Source of the DNA: Candidatus Woesearchaeota archaeon
GTDB taxonomy: Archaea; Nanobdellota; Nanobdellia; Woesearchaeales; WJKL01
NCBI GenBank assembly: GCA_014729145.1
Contig: WJKL01000016.1
Coordinates: forward strand, 225 to 64,224
Length of the DNA stretch: 64,000 nt
Direction: 5' to 3'
How positions within the stretch are numbered: the first letter of the stretch is position 1; every line of letters begins with the position of its first letter. This document shows, in pieces, positions 47,644 to 57,571 of the stretch. A model generated the notes under the pieces. That model saw nothing but the letters and a program-made list of their open reading frames with translations, was not told where the DNA came from and searched no databases. The position numbers and the translations under genes were made by a program.

Positions 47644-49308
47644 ATGCCAACAATTTCATTCCAAAACAAAGATTTATGTGATTTAGTAGGAAAAAATATA
47701 CCAATAAAAGAATTAGCTGAACTTCTTGAATATGGAAAAGGGGAACTGGAAAGCTATGATGAGGAGAATGATGAAGTTACAGTGAGTTTTGGAGATACCA
47801 ACCTACCTTATCTGTGGAGTGTTGAAGGGGTAGCAAGGCTGATTAAAGGATTGATCGGAAAACAGAAAGGCATACCTAAATTAGATATCTTCAAAAAATC
47901 AGAGCATAGATTGATAGTAGACAAGTCTGTCAAGAATGTAAGGCCTTATATTGCTGCGTTTGCAGCAAAAGGAAAGAAAGTAGATGATAAGTTTATCAAG
48001 CAAATTATAGATTTACAGGAGAAATTTTGTGACAGCTATGGAAGAAGAAGAAAGAAGACAGCAATTGGAGTCTATAATTACAAAAAGATAAAATTTCCAA
48101 TACACTATAAAGCAACAAAGCCTGAGTCAATAAAGTTTGTTCCTTTAGAATACAAGAAAGAGATGACCCAGCAGGAGATATTAGAAGACCATCCAACTGG
48201 AAAGGAATATGCCTGGATTCTAGAAGGAATGCCTAAATATCCTATTCTTGTTGACGCTAATGATGAGGTTTTAAGTTTTCCTCCAATAATCAATTCAAAT
48301 TATTCAGGTAAGATAGATATAGGAGATGAAGATCTGTTTTTTGAAGCAACTGGAGAAGATCTGGATTCAGTATTATTGGCTGCAAATATATTTGCGCAGG
48401 CTTTCTATGAAAGAGGATTCAAGATAGAGTCTGTTACAGTTGAATACCCTGACAAGAAGAATGATAAGATTACAACGCCTTTTCTTTTTGACGAAACAGT
48501 GAAGGTTTCTTTGAGCCAGATAAGAGATCTTTTGGGCTTAAAACTAGATGAAAAAAAGATAAAGAAACTTTTAGAAAAGATGCAGTTTGATTATAATAAA
48601 GGTACAGTGAAGATTCCAAATTACAGGAGAGATATAATGCACCCTGTTGATGTTATCGAAGATATAGCAATCGCGTATGGTTATTCTAATATTGATATGG
48701 AATATATGAAAAGTTATACAGTCGGAAAGACATTTCCGATTGTTAATTTTGTGGATAAGGTCAGAGAATTGATGACAGGGCTGTGTTACCAAGAGGTTAT
48801 GTCAGCAATACTTTCAAACAAAGAAGTTTTATTTAAGAAAATGAATGTCAAGGAATTTTCTTTGATAGAACTAAAGGAATACATGTCTAAAAGATATGCT
48901 GTAGTTAGGAACTGGCTGATGCCTGGGCTTATGGATGTCCTGAGCAAGAACAAAAGCGTAGAATATCCTCAGAAAATATTCGAAGAGGGTTTGATTACAG
49001 CAAAAAAAGATAAAGAAGCTAAAGATTATCACAGGATAGCAGCTGTTTCTGCACATGAAGGGGCTGATTATACTGAGGCAAGACAAGCAATTGATTTTAT
49101 CTTAAGAGGTTTTGATATTGATTATAAAGTTATGGATGTTGAGCATGACAGTTTTATCAAAGGAAGGGTAGGAAGAGTTATTGTAGATGGAAAGAAAGTA
49201 GCTTATGTGGGAGAGATAAATCCAAAAGTGTTAAGTAATTTTGATTTGACTGTCCCTGTATGTGGATTTGAATTAAATCTGACAGAATTGTTTAGTGCAA
49301 TTCAATAA
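47644..49308 (+). CDS. pheT: Phenylalanyl-tRNA synthetase beta subunit
   Basis: 554 aa. B3/B4 and B5 domains, archaeal-type beta subunit. Start 1 nt after the pheS stop. Confidence 0.85.
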   Translation: MPTISFQNKDLCDLVGKNIPIKELAELLEYGKGELESYDEENDEVTVSFGDTNLPYLWSVEGVARLIKGLIGKQKGIPKLDIFKKSEHRLIVDKSVKNVRPYIAAFAAKGKKVDDKFIKQIIDLQEKFCDSYGRRRKKTAIGVYNYKKIKFPIHYKATKPESIKFVPLEYKKEMTQQEILEDHPTGKEYAWILEGMPKYPILVDANDEVLSFPPIINSNYSGKIDIGDEDLFFEATGEDLDSVLLAANIFAQAFYERGFKIESVTVEYPDKKNDKITTPFLFDETVKVSLSQIRDLLGLKLDEKKIKKLLEKMQFDYNKGTVKIPNYRRDIMHPVDVIEDIAIAYGYSNIDMEYMKSYTVGKTFPIVNFVDKVRELMTGLCYQEVMSAILSNKEVLFKKMNVKEFSLIELKEYMSKRYAVVRNWLMPGLMDVLSKNKSVEYPQKIFEEGLITAKKDKEAKDYHRIAAVSAHEGADYTEARQAIDFILRGFDIDYKVMDVEHDSFIKGRVGRVIVDGKKVAYVGEINPKVLSNFDLTVPVCGFELNLTELFSAIQ

Positions 49309-49339
49309 ATTTTTATAATATATTTTATTCTATCATATT

Positions 49340-49576
49340 ATGGGAAACATTGCTACAACCGTAAATAAATTAGTTAACAAAGATTTTAGACCTCTTGGTG
49401 AAATAACTAAGAAGGATCGTGTTCAGATTAGAGATTATGGATTTATGGGTTATATAAGAAATAATATTCGTTTGGCATTTGGATTGTTTTATACTTCTGA
49501 TGAGAAAGCTTATATGGCTAAACAATATAAAAAAGCAATTGCCAGATTAAAAAAAGAATATGATAAAATAAAATGA
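49340..49576 (+). CDS. Hypothetical small protein (78 aa)
   Basis: ORF with 4-nt ATGA overlap to the next small ORF. No recognised motifs. Confidence 0.3.
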   Translation: MGNIATTVNKLVNKDFRPLGEITKKDRVQIRDYGFMGYIRNNIRLAFGLFYTSDEKAYMAKQYKKAIARLKKEYDKIK

Positions 49577-49779
49577 CTCAAGAAGATATTTCCGATATAA
49601 TAAACAAAATTAATAATGGAGAACAGATAACTGGAGAAGAATTTAAATTATTGACCAAAGAAACAGATTGGAATGAGTTTTACACTAAAACATTAACTCA
49701 AATTGGAGAAGCTGCAGATAGACACCATTTAGCACAATGCAGATCATATGCTAAAGGAATTTCTAGATATATTAGATAA
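49573..49779 (+). CDS. Hypothetical small protein (68 aa)
   Basis: Translationally coupled to the ORF at 49340. Acidic N-terminus, basic C-terminus. Confidence 0.3.
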   Translation: MTQEDISDIINKINNGEQITGEEFKLLTKETDWNEFYTKTLTQIGEAADRHHLAQCRSYAKGISRYIR

Positions 49780-49802
49780 AAGCAATAAAGAAAAAAGAAT
49801 AA

Positions 49803-50192
49803 TTACTTTTTAACTTGTTTTTTTGTTGGTTTAGCTGTTTTTTTTGAAGTCTTTTTCCTGGAAGATTTTTTTGGTTTTTCTTCAGATCCCTGTTTTTCCT
49901 TTTTCTTTCTCTGTTTTTTTGGGCGCTCTGCAGCTTTTTTTGGTTTTGTAGATCTTACTTCTATATCCAGTTTTTTCAAAGCTTTAGCTATATCTTCATG
50001 AGATGCCTTTTTCTTTATCTTGACTGTTTCTTTTAATGGTTCAAGATGCTTGATGCTGCAGTTTCTTCTTCTGGTTTCTCCATCTATCAAAACTGCATTG
50101 TCATCAATTATATCAACAACAACGCATTTTTTCCCAGCATCTCTTCCAGCAATTTTAACACATAATCTTCCAACTTTCAGCATTTTTATCAC
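49803..50192 (-). CDS. rpl14e: Ribosomal protein eL14 (L14e) with Lys-rich C-terminal tail
   Basis: KOW-like VGRLCVKIAGRDAGKKCVVVDIIDDNAVLIDGE...RRNCSIKHLEP. About 40-aa K-rich extension. Confidence 0.75.
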   Translation of the reverse strand: MIKMLKVGRLCVKIAGRDAGKKCVVVDIIDDNAVLIDGETRRRNCSIKHLEPLKETVKIKKKASHEDIAKALKKLDIEVRSTKPKKAAERPKKQRKKKEKQGSEEKPKKSSRKKTSKKTAKPTKKQVKK

Positions 50193-50244
50193 TTTATTAT
50201 TATCTTAACCAGTTCTATTATTGGTTTTAATATTGAAACTATGA

Positions 50245-50559
50245 TCATTTGGTCCTAGCACCCTTTACAATCTTTTTTCTCATGCAACCTGAACAAAGAT
50301 AACCACCATATGGCCTTTCAGGTCTTTTTGAGTTTTTGGGAGTGTTTTTCATCTTTGAAGGATGTTTTCTCAATGTTCCTGCCAGCTGTTTTCCACATTC
50401 AGCACATTTTGCTTTTGAAGGTTTTTTCTTCTTATAATGGATCTTGGTTCTTCCTCCAGGTGTTTTAATGTATTTTAGCTTTTTACTTCTGGATTTAAAC
50501 CTAGCATAACGTCCTTCTTTTTGAATTTTTTCCTTTGTTTTTCTTTTTGTTCCCGGCAT
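50245..50559 (-). CDS. rpl34e: Ribosomal protein eL34 (L34e)
   Basis: TPGGR motif and zinc-binding CAECG...CSGC. Confidence 0.75.
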   Translation of the reverse strand: MPGTKRKTKEKIQKEGRYARFKSRSKKLKYIKTPGGRTKIHYKKKKPSKAKCAECGKQLAGTLRKHPSKMKNTPKNSKRPERPYGGYLCSGCMRKKIVKGARTK

Positions 50560-50573
50560 TTTTATCAGTTATT

Positions 50574-51332
50574 TTAATGTATTTTTAATATTTTTCTTAA
50601 ACTCATACTAAATATAATCGAAAATATAATATATGTTCCTAACCATCCCCAGTTTTTAACCCAGGGGATTCCTGTGAATGAAAGAGGAGTGACTTTTTTA
50701 TTGTTAACAATTAATTGATTTAATTTGCCTTTATTTATAACTTTAACGGGTTCTTCATAGTCTTTTTGTTCAGTTATCAATATTTCCTTTTGGTAACTCT
50801 GGTTATGGTATTGATATTCTAGGATATAATTTCCTGTGGTTCCCTTCAATGTCCAGTTAACCTGGTTATCTGTTATCGGTTTTGTTGAGTTTCCAATTAT
50901 TTCAATCCCTTCAGGGGCAACCAAGCTTATATCTCCAGCAGCCCCTATATCAAAAAAAGCAGAGGTTGTAAATTCCTGGCCAGGATTGATAGGTTCATAT
51001 GCAAGATTTGCATTTAGCCAGCTGAATATGATTATGATAGGGATAAATGTTATCAGTGTGGGTTTTAGGGAATGCATCATATATTTCATATTTGTCTGCA
51101 TGGCTCTTTTTTGGACTTTCATGACTTCTTGAGGTTTGTCTTTAAGCTCTTTCATCTGTTTTTGAAAGTTCTTTATATCTTCTTTCAATTTTCTCATCAG
51201 ATGCTGGTCAGTCATCCATTTGTATATCAAAGTGATCAAAAGAGCAACAAGTAGTGAAATGAGCATTATTGCCCATAAAGAAGGCAATTTTAGCAGCGGT
51301 GAAAACACCGGATTAAGTATTGTTTCAAACAT
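50574..51332 (-). CDS. DUF106 membrane protein (archaeal Oxa1/YidC-superfamily, EMC3-like)
   Basis: 252 aa. Position between secY and rpl34e matches the conserved archaeal neighbourhood. TM1 then a coiled-coil segment (KLKEDIKNFQKQMKELK), then further TM helices. Confidence 0.5.
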   Translation of the reverse strand: MFETILNPVFSPLLKLPSLWAIMLISLLVALLITLIYKWMTDQHLMRKLKEDIKNFQKQMKELKDKPQEVMKVQKRAMQTNMKYMMHSLKPTLITFIPIIIIFSWLNANLAYEPINPGQEFTTSAFFDIGAAGDISLVAPEGIEIIGNSTKPITDNQVNWTLKGTTGNYILEYQYHNQSYQKEILITEQKDYEEPVKVINKGKLNQLIVNNKKVTPLSFTGIPWVKNWGWLGTYIIFSIIFSMSLRKILKIH

Positions 51333-51444
51333 TTTATCTGTTGTTTTTAATTTTTAAGCCTTTAATAAGCTTATGTTTCTTGAGTTGTTATGATTGTTAT
51401 GTTTTAAATTTATCTGTTTTTCTTATGAAAATTATCTACAAAAA

Positions 51445-52833
51445 TTATTCCATAAATTTCCTCATCATTGGGTGCATATCATACATGTGCTGTTTAGCGA
51501 TCTCTTCATACAATCTGTAAATGATCATGACCGCAAGCAATATTCCTGTTCCTCTGCTTAGTGCTCCTGAAAGATCTGCTATCGCAGCTATAAATCCCAC
51601 GGTGATAGCACCCATAACAGTCAAAGGCCAGATATATCTATTTAATAATCTTTCTAAAACTCTCTGATCACGCCTAAATCCAGGTATTTGTAAACCAGAC
51701 GACATAATTTTTTCTGCCTGGGATTTTGCATCCATCCCTGAAGTCTGCATCCAAAATATAGAAAACATGACTGCACCGCCTACCATAATAAGCATATAAA
51801 CTAAACCATGGGAAACATCGGCGAATGTAAGGCTGCCTTTTATCAATTTTCCAACTATATCTGGAGAAGCTAACCAAGCTACCAACCCTGTAGCAGGACT
51901 ATTTCCTACAAATGTTCCTAATATAGGGTGACCCCAATTTTGGAGCAGTCTTGCCCATAACTGTATATTGGCCATCAATGCAGCAATCAATATAACAGGA
52001 ATATTAGACGTGTATATAAAACTTAAAGGCCATCTTATTCCATGGCCACGAACCCTTCCAAAAGATAATGGAATCTCAACCTTCATGGCCTGTCCGTAAA
52101 CAGCAATACAAAAAACAAGTATGGTAGATATGACTGCTGCGATCATCAATGCTGCAGTTACAGGATCCCCTGCAGACAAAGACTGGAAAAGTGCAGGAAT
52201 CGCACCTGTAGCAATGTTTGGATTAGTAGGGGAGGCGAGCGGTGAAAGGGCTCTGATGAATATCTGTTCAGATACACCTGCTGCGATAAACAAGCTTATT
52301 CCAGAGCCAAATCCCCATTTTGAGATAATCTCATCCATAAATAATATAAGCATACCTCCAAGGAACAACTGAAATACCAACAAGGACTGAAGCTGGAAAT
52401 AAAGACCAGTTCCGACAAATTCCTGAGGAGGAGCAAGACCGCCCATAAAAACATAGATAGCTGCTTCAAATATGATAAAAAATATTGCCAGCAGTTTTTG
52501 GGTTCCCTGAAACCTCTTTTTTCCTTCTGGAGAGTTTAAGTCAAACTTAATCAGTCCTGAACCATTCAAAAGCTGCAACACAATAGATGCAGTAACAATT
52601 GGACCTATACCAAGCGAGATTATGGACCCGAATTTAGCTCCTAATATCAATGATAAGTATTCAAACTGCTGTAATGCATTAGCTCCAAGTCCAAATAAGG
52701 GGATTAATCCCAGGATAAAGAATATAATTAATGTAATCAAGGTCCATTTTAATTTTTCCTTAAAAGAAAGCCTTTTTTGTTCAGGACCCTTAACTTCAGG
52801 CAGATTAGCTAAGATAGAATCCCATAAACTCAT
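51445..52833 (-). CDS. secY: Preprotein translocase SecY
   Basis: 462 aa, 10 TM helices, conserved SecY blocks. Confidence 0.9.
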   Translation of the reverse strand: MSLWDSILANLPEVKGPEQKRLSFKEKLKWTLITLIIFFILGLIPLFGLGANALQQFEYLSLILGAKFGSIISLGIGPIVTASIVLQLLNGSGLIKFDLNSPEGKKRFQGTQKLLAIFFIIFEAAIYVFMGGLAPPQEFVGTGLYFQLQSLLVFQLFLGGMLILFMDEIISKWGFGSGISLFIAAGVSEQIFIRALSPLASPTNPNIATGAIPALFQSLSAGDPVTAALMIAAVISTILVFCIAVYGQAMKVEIPLSFGRVRGHGIRWPLSFIYTSNIPVILIAALMANIQLWARLLQNWGHPILGTFVGNSPATGLVAWLASPDIVGKLIKGSLTFADVSHGLVYMLIMVGGAVMFSIFWMQTSGMDAKSQAEKIMSSGLQIPGFRRDQRVLERLLNRYIWPLTVMGAITVGFIAAIADLSGALSRGTGILLAVMIIYRLYEEIAKQHMYDMHPMMRKFME

Positions 52834-53348
52834 TTTTCATTTTCCTCTTCCTGAGGTGTTTTTTCAGCAGTCTGTTTTTCTTCTTTTTTCTTAGGTTCAG
52901 ATTTTTCTGTTTCTATTGCTTCTCCTCCGGCGGCTTTTATCTTTTCAGCAGCTTTTTTGGAGAAAGACGGTGAAGTAATCCTGTATTTTTTAGTTAACCT
53001 TCCACTCCCTAAAACTTTGTTGAATCCAAGATCTTTAATATCAATCACATAAAAACCATCTTCTTTTTTTATCAGTTTTTTTGCCAACAATTTTTCAAGT
53101 TTCTCTTCAAAATAATTAAGATTTACAGCTTTTGTAGGTTTAGAAACTCCTTTTTTCTTAAAACCATGTTTCCCGAAATATTTTTGATTTTTCCATATAG
53201 ATGGTTTTTTAGCATCTCCTTTTTTTCCTGTACCAGCCATGCCTCTGCCTCCACGGTTGCCAGCTCCTCTTCTTTTTTTCATAGAGCCGCAGCCATGAGT
53301 TGTGCTTCCACGTCTTCTTGATTTTCTTTTTCTTTTATTAACTACCAT
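52830..53348 (-). CDS. rpl15: Ribosomal protein uL15 with C-terminal Lys/Glu-rich tail
   Basis: N-terminal RKSRRRGSTTHGCGSMKKRRGAGNRGGRG. Confidence 0.85.
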   Translation of the reverse strand: MVVNKRKRKSRRRGSTTHGCGSMKKRRGAGNRGGRGMAGTGKKGDAKKPSIWKNQKYFGKHGFKKKGVSKPTKAVNLNYFEEKLEKLLAKKLIKKEDGFYVIDIKDLGFNKVLGSGRLTKKYRITSPSFSKKAAEKIKAAGGEAIETEKSEPKKKEEKQTAEKTPQEEENEK

Positions 53349-53768
53349 TTAAATCATCTTCTTGATCAATTCATTGATCTTTTCTCCCCTATAACCTAGT
53401 GCTCCCCCTACTTTGAATGGAAGTTTTATCCCTTTTCTTTCAAATCCTTTTCTGGGAGGATGTAATCTAAATATCTTGGAATCCTTTTTTTCTCTTTTTT
53501 CTTTCAGCAATTTGAGGGTCTGTTCGTCAATCTCTCCCCAAGTGACAAAACCCTGCACTTTTTTGAGCATTCCAATGTTGCTTGGGCTAGCATATAATAC
53601 AACACAATTATTTTGTTTGTAAAGATTCATCATATGCAATGTATCTTTTGTTTCTTTTTTTACCTTAACAGAACCTCTGATCCTGACTACAGCTATCTTT
53701 TTGTATTCTTTTTTCTTTTCTGCAGTCTTTTTATCTGCTGTTTTTTGCCCTTGTTTTTCTTTTTCCAT
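53349..53768 (-). CDS. rpl30: Ribosomal protein uL30
   Basis: 139 aa. Ferredoxin-like uL30 core (IAVVRIRGSVKVKKE). Confidence 0.8.
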   Translation of the reverse strand: MEKEKQGQKTADKKTAEKKKEYKKIAVVRIRGSVKVKKETKDTLHMMNLYKQNNCVVLYASPSNIGMLKKVQGFVTWGEIDEQTLKLLKEKREKKDSKIFRLHPPRKGFERKGIKLPFKVGGALGYRGEKINELIKKMI

Positions 53769-53786
53769 TTTATTTATTTTTGTTGT

Positions 53787-54752
53787 TTATTCTTTTTTAT
53801 CTTTATTTTCTTCTTTTTCTTTTGTTTTCTGCTTTTCTTCTGATTTTTCTTCTTCAGTATGTTTTTCTGTTTCTTCCTTTTTAGATTTTTCTTCCTCTGG
53901 GATTATTTCTTTAAAATCTTCTGCAGAAGGCTCTTTTTCAGCTTTTATTTTTCCCTCTACAATTCCAAGGATAGAAGCATCATCAGCTTTTGTTCTTACA
54001 GTCATCAACCTTTTAAGGGCTTTGATGCATGCATAGATAAGGTTATATTTAGTCCCTGCCTTACCAAGTGTTTTTGACCATACATCTTTTATTCCAGCAA
54101 GTTCAAGGATTTTTCCACATTCATCTTCAATCTTTAATCCTGTTCCTTTTGGAGCAGGGAACAATTTCAGTATAACTGAACCGCATTTTCCTTCTACTTT
54201 ATAAGGTATAGTGTGGGGTTCTTTACACCCACACTGCCAGCTTCCACAGCCTCTTCTGATCTTAAATAAATTTAATTTTGCATTTCGGATGGATTTTTCC
54301 CTTGCAGGAACTGTTTCTTTGCTTTTTCCATAACCCAACCCAATATATCCGTTTTTGTTCCCAACAGCAGCAATAGTAGCAAACTTAGGTTTATTGCCTT
54401 CTCTGGTTTTCTTTTGAGTCTGCCTGAATATTCTTCTGCTTCCGCCTCCAAATTTACCTTTCGACTGGCCTACAAGCAAAAGCTCAACATCCAGATTAGG
54501 AACAAGGGTATCTATTATCTCTGCCTCAAGTATATTTGATGCATTGTCTAATATGCATTCAACATCATCTATCTCTCCTGATTTAACCTTTTTGCCTAAA
54601 TCAGTTTTAGGTTTCCAAGCATCTTTGTCAAATTCTTTGTTAAATCCTTTTCTGGACCTAGTCTGTCTTTTCTTCCTTTTTTTCTGTTTTCCAGGAACTG
54701 TCTCCTGTCCTTCTTTTTCTTTTTCTGGAAATTTCTTTTTTACTTTTGGCAT
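53787..54752 (-). CDS. rps5: Ribosomal protein uS5 with long Lys/Glu-rich N- and C-terminal extensions (321 aa)
   Basis: dsRBD plus S5 C-terminal domain (GYIGLGYGKSKETVPA...IPYKVEGKCGSV). Confidence 0.85.
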   Translation of the reverse strand: MPKVKKKFPEKEKEGQETVPGKQKKRKKRQTRSRKGFNKEFDKDAWKPKTDLGKKVKSGEIDDVECILDNASNILEAEIIDTLVPNLDVELLLVGQSKGKFGGGSRRIFRQTQKKTREGNKPKFATIAAVGNKNGYIGLGYGKSKETVPAREKSIRNAKLNLFKIRRGCGSWQCGCKEPHTIPYKVEGKCGSVILKLFPAPKGTGLKIEDECGKILELAGIKDVWSKTLGKAGTKYNLIYACIKALKRLMTVRTKADDASILGIVEGKIKAEKEPSAEDFKEIIPEEEKSKKEETEKHTEEEKSEEKQKTKEKEENKDKKE

Positions 54753-55273
54753 TATTCTTTCACCTTGATGTTGTTTTTGACTTCTTCAAATGTTTTAGTG
54801 ATTTCTGAAGATTTTTTATTGAACTTAGCTATATGTTCCCCTTTTATTCGTTCTTCTGAAGGAAATATATCTTTTTTATGGGGCACTTCAAGTCCAGCAT
54901 CTACAGCGCCTTTTAAGCAGGCAAATATTCTTGAGCCCCTAGTTGGATGGTTCAATCCTGTATCAAGGATAGCTTCTTTTACTCCAACCTCTACTGCTTT
55001 TTTACCAGCTAAAAGACCAGTCAGATAGGCTGCAGGTATGTTACTTTTATTATGCTTCCATCCTTTCTTTTCAAGTTCACGAGATGATGCATATGCAACG
55101 ATCTTGTCTCCTTTAGTCCGGTATTCAATTATCTGAGCAGTAATCCTGTTCAAAGAGGTTCTAATCACCAATCTTGGCTTTTCTGATTTTAGCATTTTAA
55201 GCCTTTTCTTATAATTGGTTTTTCCTTCTCTTTTTCTTCTCAGCGGAACATTGTATCTTTTTGAATTTGTCAT
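54752..55273 (-). CDS. rpl18: Ribosomal protein uL18
   Basis: 173 aa. Conserved uL18 blocks. Confidence 0.85.
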   Translation of the reverse strand: MTNSKRYNVPLRRKREGKTNYKKRLKMLKSEKPRLVIRTSLNRITAQIIEYRTKGDKIVAYASSRELEKKGWKHNKSNIPAAYLTGLLAGKKAVEVGVKEAILDTGLNHPTRGSRIFACLKGAVDAGLEVPHKKDIFPSEERIKGEHIAKFNKKSSEITKTFEEVKNNIKVKE

Positions 55274-55288
55274 CTTGCATTAACCTTT

Positions 55289-55750
55289 TTATTTTTCTTT
55301 TGGTTTCTTTGCGAGCTTGTGCTCTTCTAGATATAATTTAATATGACGCTTGCTTCTGAAAAAGCCTCCTTTAGCTTTTTGATAAAGAGTATGATAGTTT
55401 TCTTTAGTTATGATCTCCTTATCTCTTAAATTTTTTAGGAAAGCCCTTTGCTTTCTTATCTTATTCATCCAGGACTTTTTTTTGGAAAGCCTTGATGTTT
55501 TTTTACCTTTTTTAGATCCAGGACCTTTTCTCTTTCCCTTTCTTTTCTGAATCTTTATCTTCCTTGCTCTGAATCTTGAATTTCCTTTTTTTGGTTTTTC
55601 TTTTATAGCTTTATCATTGATTAAGGATTTTATATCTAATTTAGTGATGGCTTCTTTGATGTCTTCAAGCCTATCTTGATTAAATATAATTCTGCTTTCT
55701 GAACATTTTAATATGTCTGCAGCAAGCCTTTTTTGTAGATTGAATTTCAT
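55289..55750 (-). CDS. rpl19e: Ribosomal protein eL19 (L19e)
   Basis: 153 aa. N-terminal MKFNLQKRLAADILKC. Confidence 0.8.
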   Translation of the reverse strand: MKFNLQKRLAADILKCSESRIIFNQDRLEDIKEAITKLDIKSLINDKAIKEKPKKGNSRFRARKIKIQKRKGKRKGPGSKKGKKTSRLSKKKSWMNKIRKQRAFLKNLRDKEIITKENYHTLYQKAKGGFFRSKRHIKLYLEEHKLAKKPKEK

Positions 55751-55751
55751 T

Positions 55752-56357
55752 TTATTTTTCCTTTTTTGTCAACACTTTATCCTTCTCTTTTTTCTTCATT
55801 TTTTGTTTTTCTTCTTCTGAGAGTTTTTCCAGCTTTGATTCCTCTTGTTTTTTCTTCTGTTTTCCCTTCTTTTTTTCTTTCTCTTTTTTCTTTTCTTTTT
55901 CTCTTAATTTTTGCTCTTTCTCTTGTTTTTTCTTCTTTCTCTCTTCATCTATTCTTTTAAGAAAATCTTCTGGATTTTTTATATTTATGATTTGAATACC
56001 TGCCTGCTGAGCTTTTTTTATTATATTGACCCTTTTTTTATCGCCTATCGAACTAGCAATTATAATTCCCTGCTCTTTTTTGTCTATTTGCTCTTTTAAT
56101 CTCTCCAGTCCAATTTCAGACGAGATTCTTATGGGTTTTAATCCTTTTTTAAGACCATATACTTCTTTTGGAGAGCCATACCCTGGAGTTACCATTTTTC
56201 TGTATCCCCTTTTTCCAAGCCTTATCTTTGACTGCCACCCTCTTGGTCTGTTCCACCTTTTTCTTATCCTTTTTCTTTTATGGGTGTCCTGACTAACAAA
56301 ACCAGGCTTTTTCGATTTTATCTTCTTTCTTAATTTTAACAGTTTATCTTTATCCAT
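55752..56357 (-). CDS. rpl32e: Ribosomal protein eL32 (L32e) with Lys/Glu-rich C-terminal tail
   Basis: RKRWNRPRGWQSKIRL...GYGSPKEVYGL core. About 70-aa tail. Confidence 0.8.
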   Translation of the reverse strand: MDKDKLLKLRKKIKSKKPGFVSQDTHKRKRIRKRWNRPRGWQSKIRLGKRGYRKMVTPGYGSPKEVYGLKKGLKPIRISSEIGLERLKEQIDKKEQGIIIASSIGDKKRVNIIKKAQQAGIQIINIKNPEDFLKRIDEERKKKKQEKEQKLREKEKKKEKEKKKGKQKKKQEESKLEKLSEEEKQKMKKKEKDKVLTKKEK

Positions 56358-56901
56358 TTTCTATATTCTTTTCTGATTTTGAAATGATATATATTCCATC
56401 CTGGAAAACTCTCCTATCTCTTCCGCTTATCTTACAGAGCCCTTCTATCGAAGCCGCAGTCTGTCCTGCAAGCTCTTTATCCGGACTTTTAACAGTGATT
56501 TCTTCTCCTTCGATCTTGACCTCAGCATTTTCTTTTATCTTTAATTTTCTGGGAACTTTTTCCCCCAAAAAATTCTGCAGGACAAATTCATTGTCCTTGA
56601 TCGAAGCAGTCATAGGAAAGTGAGTAGAGCATATCTTTAATTTATATATGTGATTTTCAGATGCTCCCTGTATAAGATTCCTCACATGGGATTTGAATGT
56701 TTCAATAATCTTTTTCTCTCTTTTTGTGCCTTTTTTTGCTGAAAATATGATATTTTTATCTTTGACCTCAATCTTGACTTTTGGATTGATCAGTTTTTTT
56801 GAAACCTCACCTTTGGGGCCTTTGACTTTTATCATGCCTTTATCTGTCTGAACTTCTATCTTTTCAGGAATTTCTATCTTTTCTTCGATATTTTGTTTCA
56901 T
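56350..56901 (-). CDS. rpl6: Ribosomal protein uL6
   Basis: 183 aa. Two-domain uL6. Confidence 0.85.
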   Translation of the reverse strand: MKQNIEEKIEIPEKIEVQTDKGMIKVKGPKGEVSKKLINPKVKIEVKDKNIIFSAKKGTKREKKIIETFKSHVRNLIQGASENHIYKLKICSTHFPMTASIKDNEFVLQNFLGEKVPRKLKIKENAEVKIEGEEITVKSPDKELAGQTAASIEGLCKISGRDRRVFQDGIYIISKSEKNIENG

Positions 56902-56941
56902 TTTGTTCTGATTTTAATCTGAATAATCATATTCTTTTTGT

Positions 56942-57331
56942 TTAATAACAATATGCCAGTAAAACTCCTCCACTTTCTTTTTTCAATGCATTTTCCTGGG
57001 TCATAATCCCATATGGTGTAGATACTATAAGGATACCAAAGCCTTTTGCAGGCAAATATTTCTGCTCAAATCTTTCAAAGCCATCTTTTTTAGACGAATA
57101 AGGTGGTCTTATCACTCCGCATTTGTTTATCTTTCCCAGCAGTTCTATTCTTACAGCTCCGCCTTTTCTTTTTTCAGTTTCCTTAATTTCTCCAATAAAT
57201 TTATTATCCTGCATGATTTTTAAGGTTTGCATTATAACCTTGGATACAGGTTTAACTGTACAGGAACTTCTACCTAATCTCTCAGCATTCATTATTTTTG
57301 ATAAAGCATTTGCAAGCGGGTTGTTTAACAT
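56942..57331 (-). CDS. rps8: Ribosomal protein uS8
   Basis: 129 aa. Conserved N-terminal LANALSKIMNAERLGR. Confidence 0.85.
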   Translation of the reverse strand: MLNNPLANALSKIMNAERLGRSSCTVKPVSKVIMQTLKIMQDNKFIGEIKETEKRKGGAVRIELLGKINKCGVIRPPYSSKKDGFERFEQKYLPAKGFGILIVSTPYGIMTQENALKKESGGVLLAYCY

Positions 57332-57340
57332 TTTCTCACC

Positions 57341-57571
57341 TTAGCTGTATTTTTTAAATCCTATTTTTGTTGCTATTTCCTTAAAGCATTGTCTGCAAAG
57401 ATCCAAGCCATATTTATTTATGTGGCCCCCTTTTCTTCCACATTTGCTGCATGTCTTTAGTGCTTTGCCACAGCTTCTTTTTTTAGGGGCATTATGCTTG
57501 ATAAATTTCTTTAATTTTGCAGGTTTTGATTTCAACTGTTTGAATACTTTTTTATGGCTGCTTGAACTCAT
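57341..57571 (-). CDS. rps14: Ribosomal protein uS14 (zinc-binding type) with N-terminal extension
   Basis: [30 protein letters not shown] zinc ribbon. Confidence 0.75.
   Translation of the reverse strand: MSSSSHKKVFKQLKSKPAKLKKFIKHNAPKKRSCGKALKTCSKCGRKGGHINKYGLDLCRQCFKEIATKIGFKKYS

Noticed and set aside
53613-54077. Several plus-strand ORFs (F/L/C-rich, 72-111 aa) within the ribosomal-protein operon
   Set aside because: They are antisense to the Lys/Glu-rich tails of uL30 and uS5 and are low-complexity. The minus-strand genes have strong ribosomal-protein identity.
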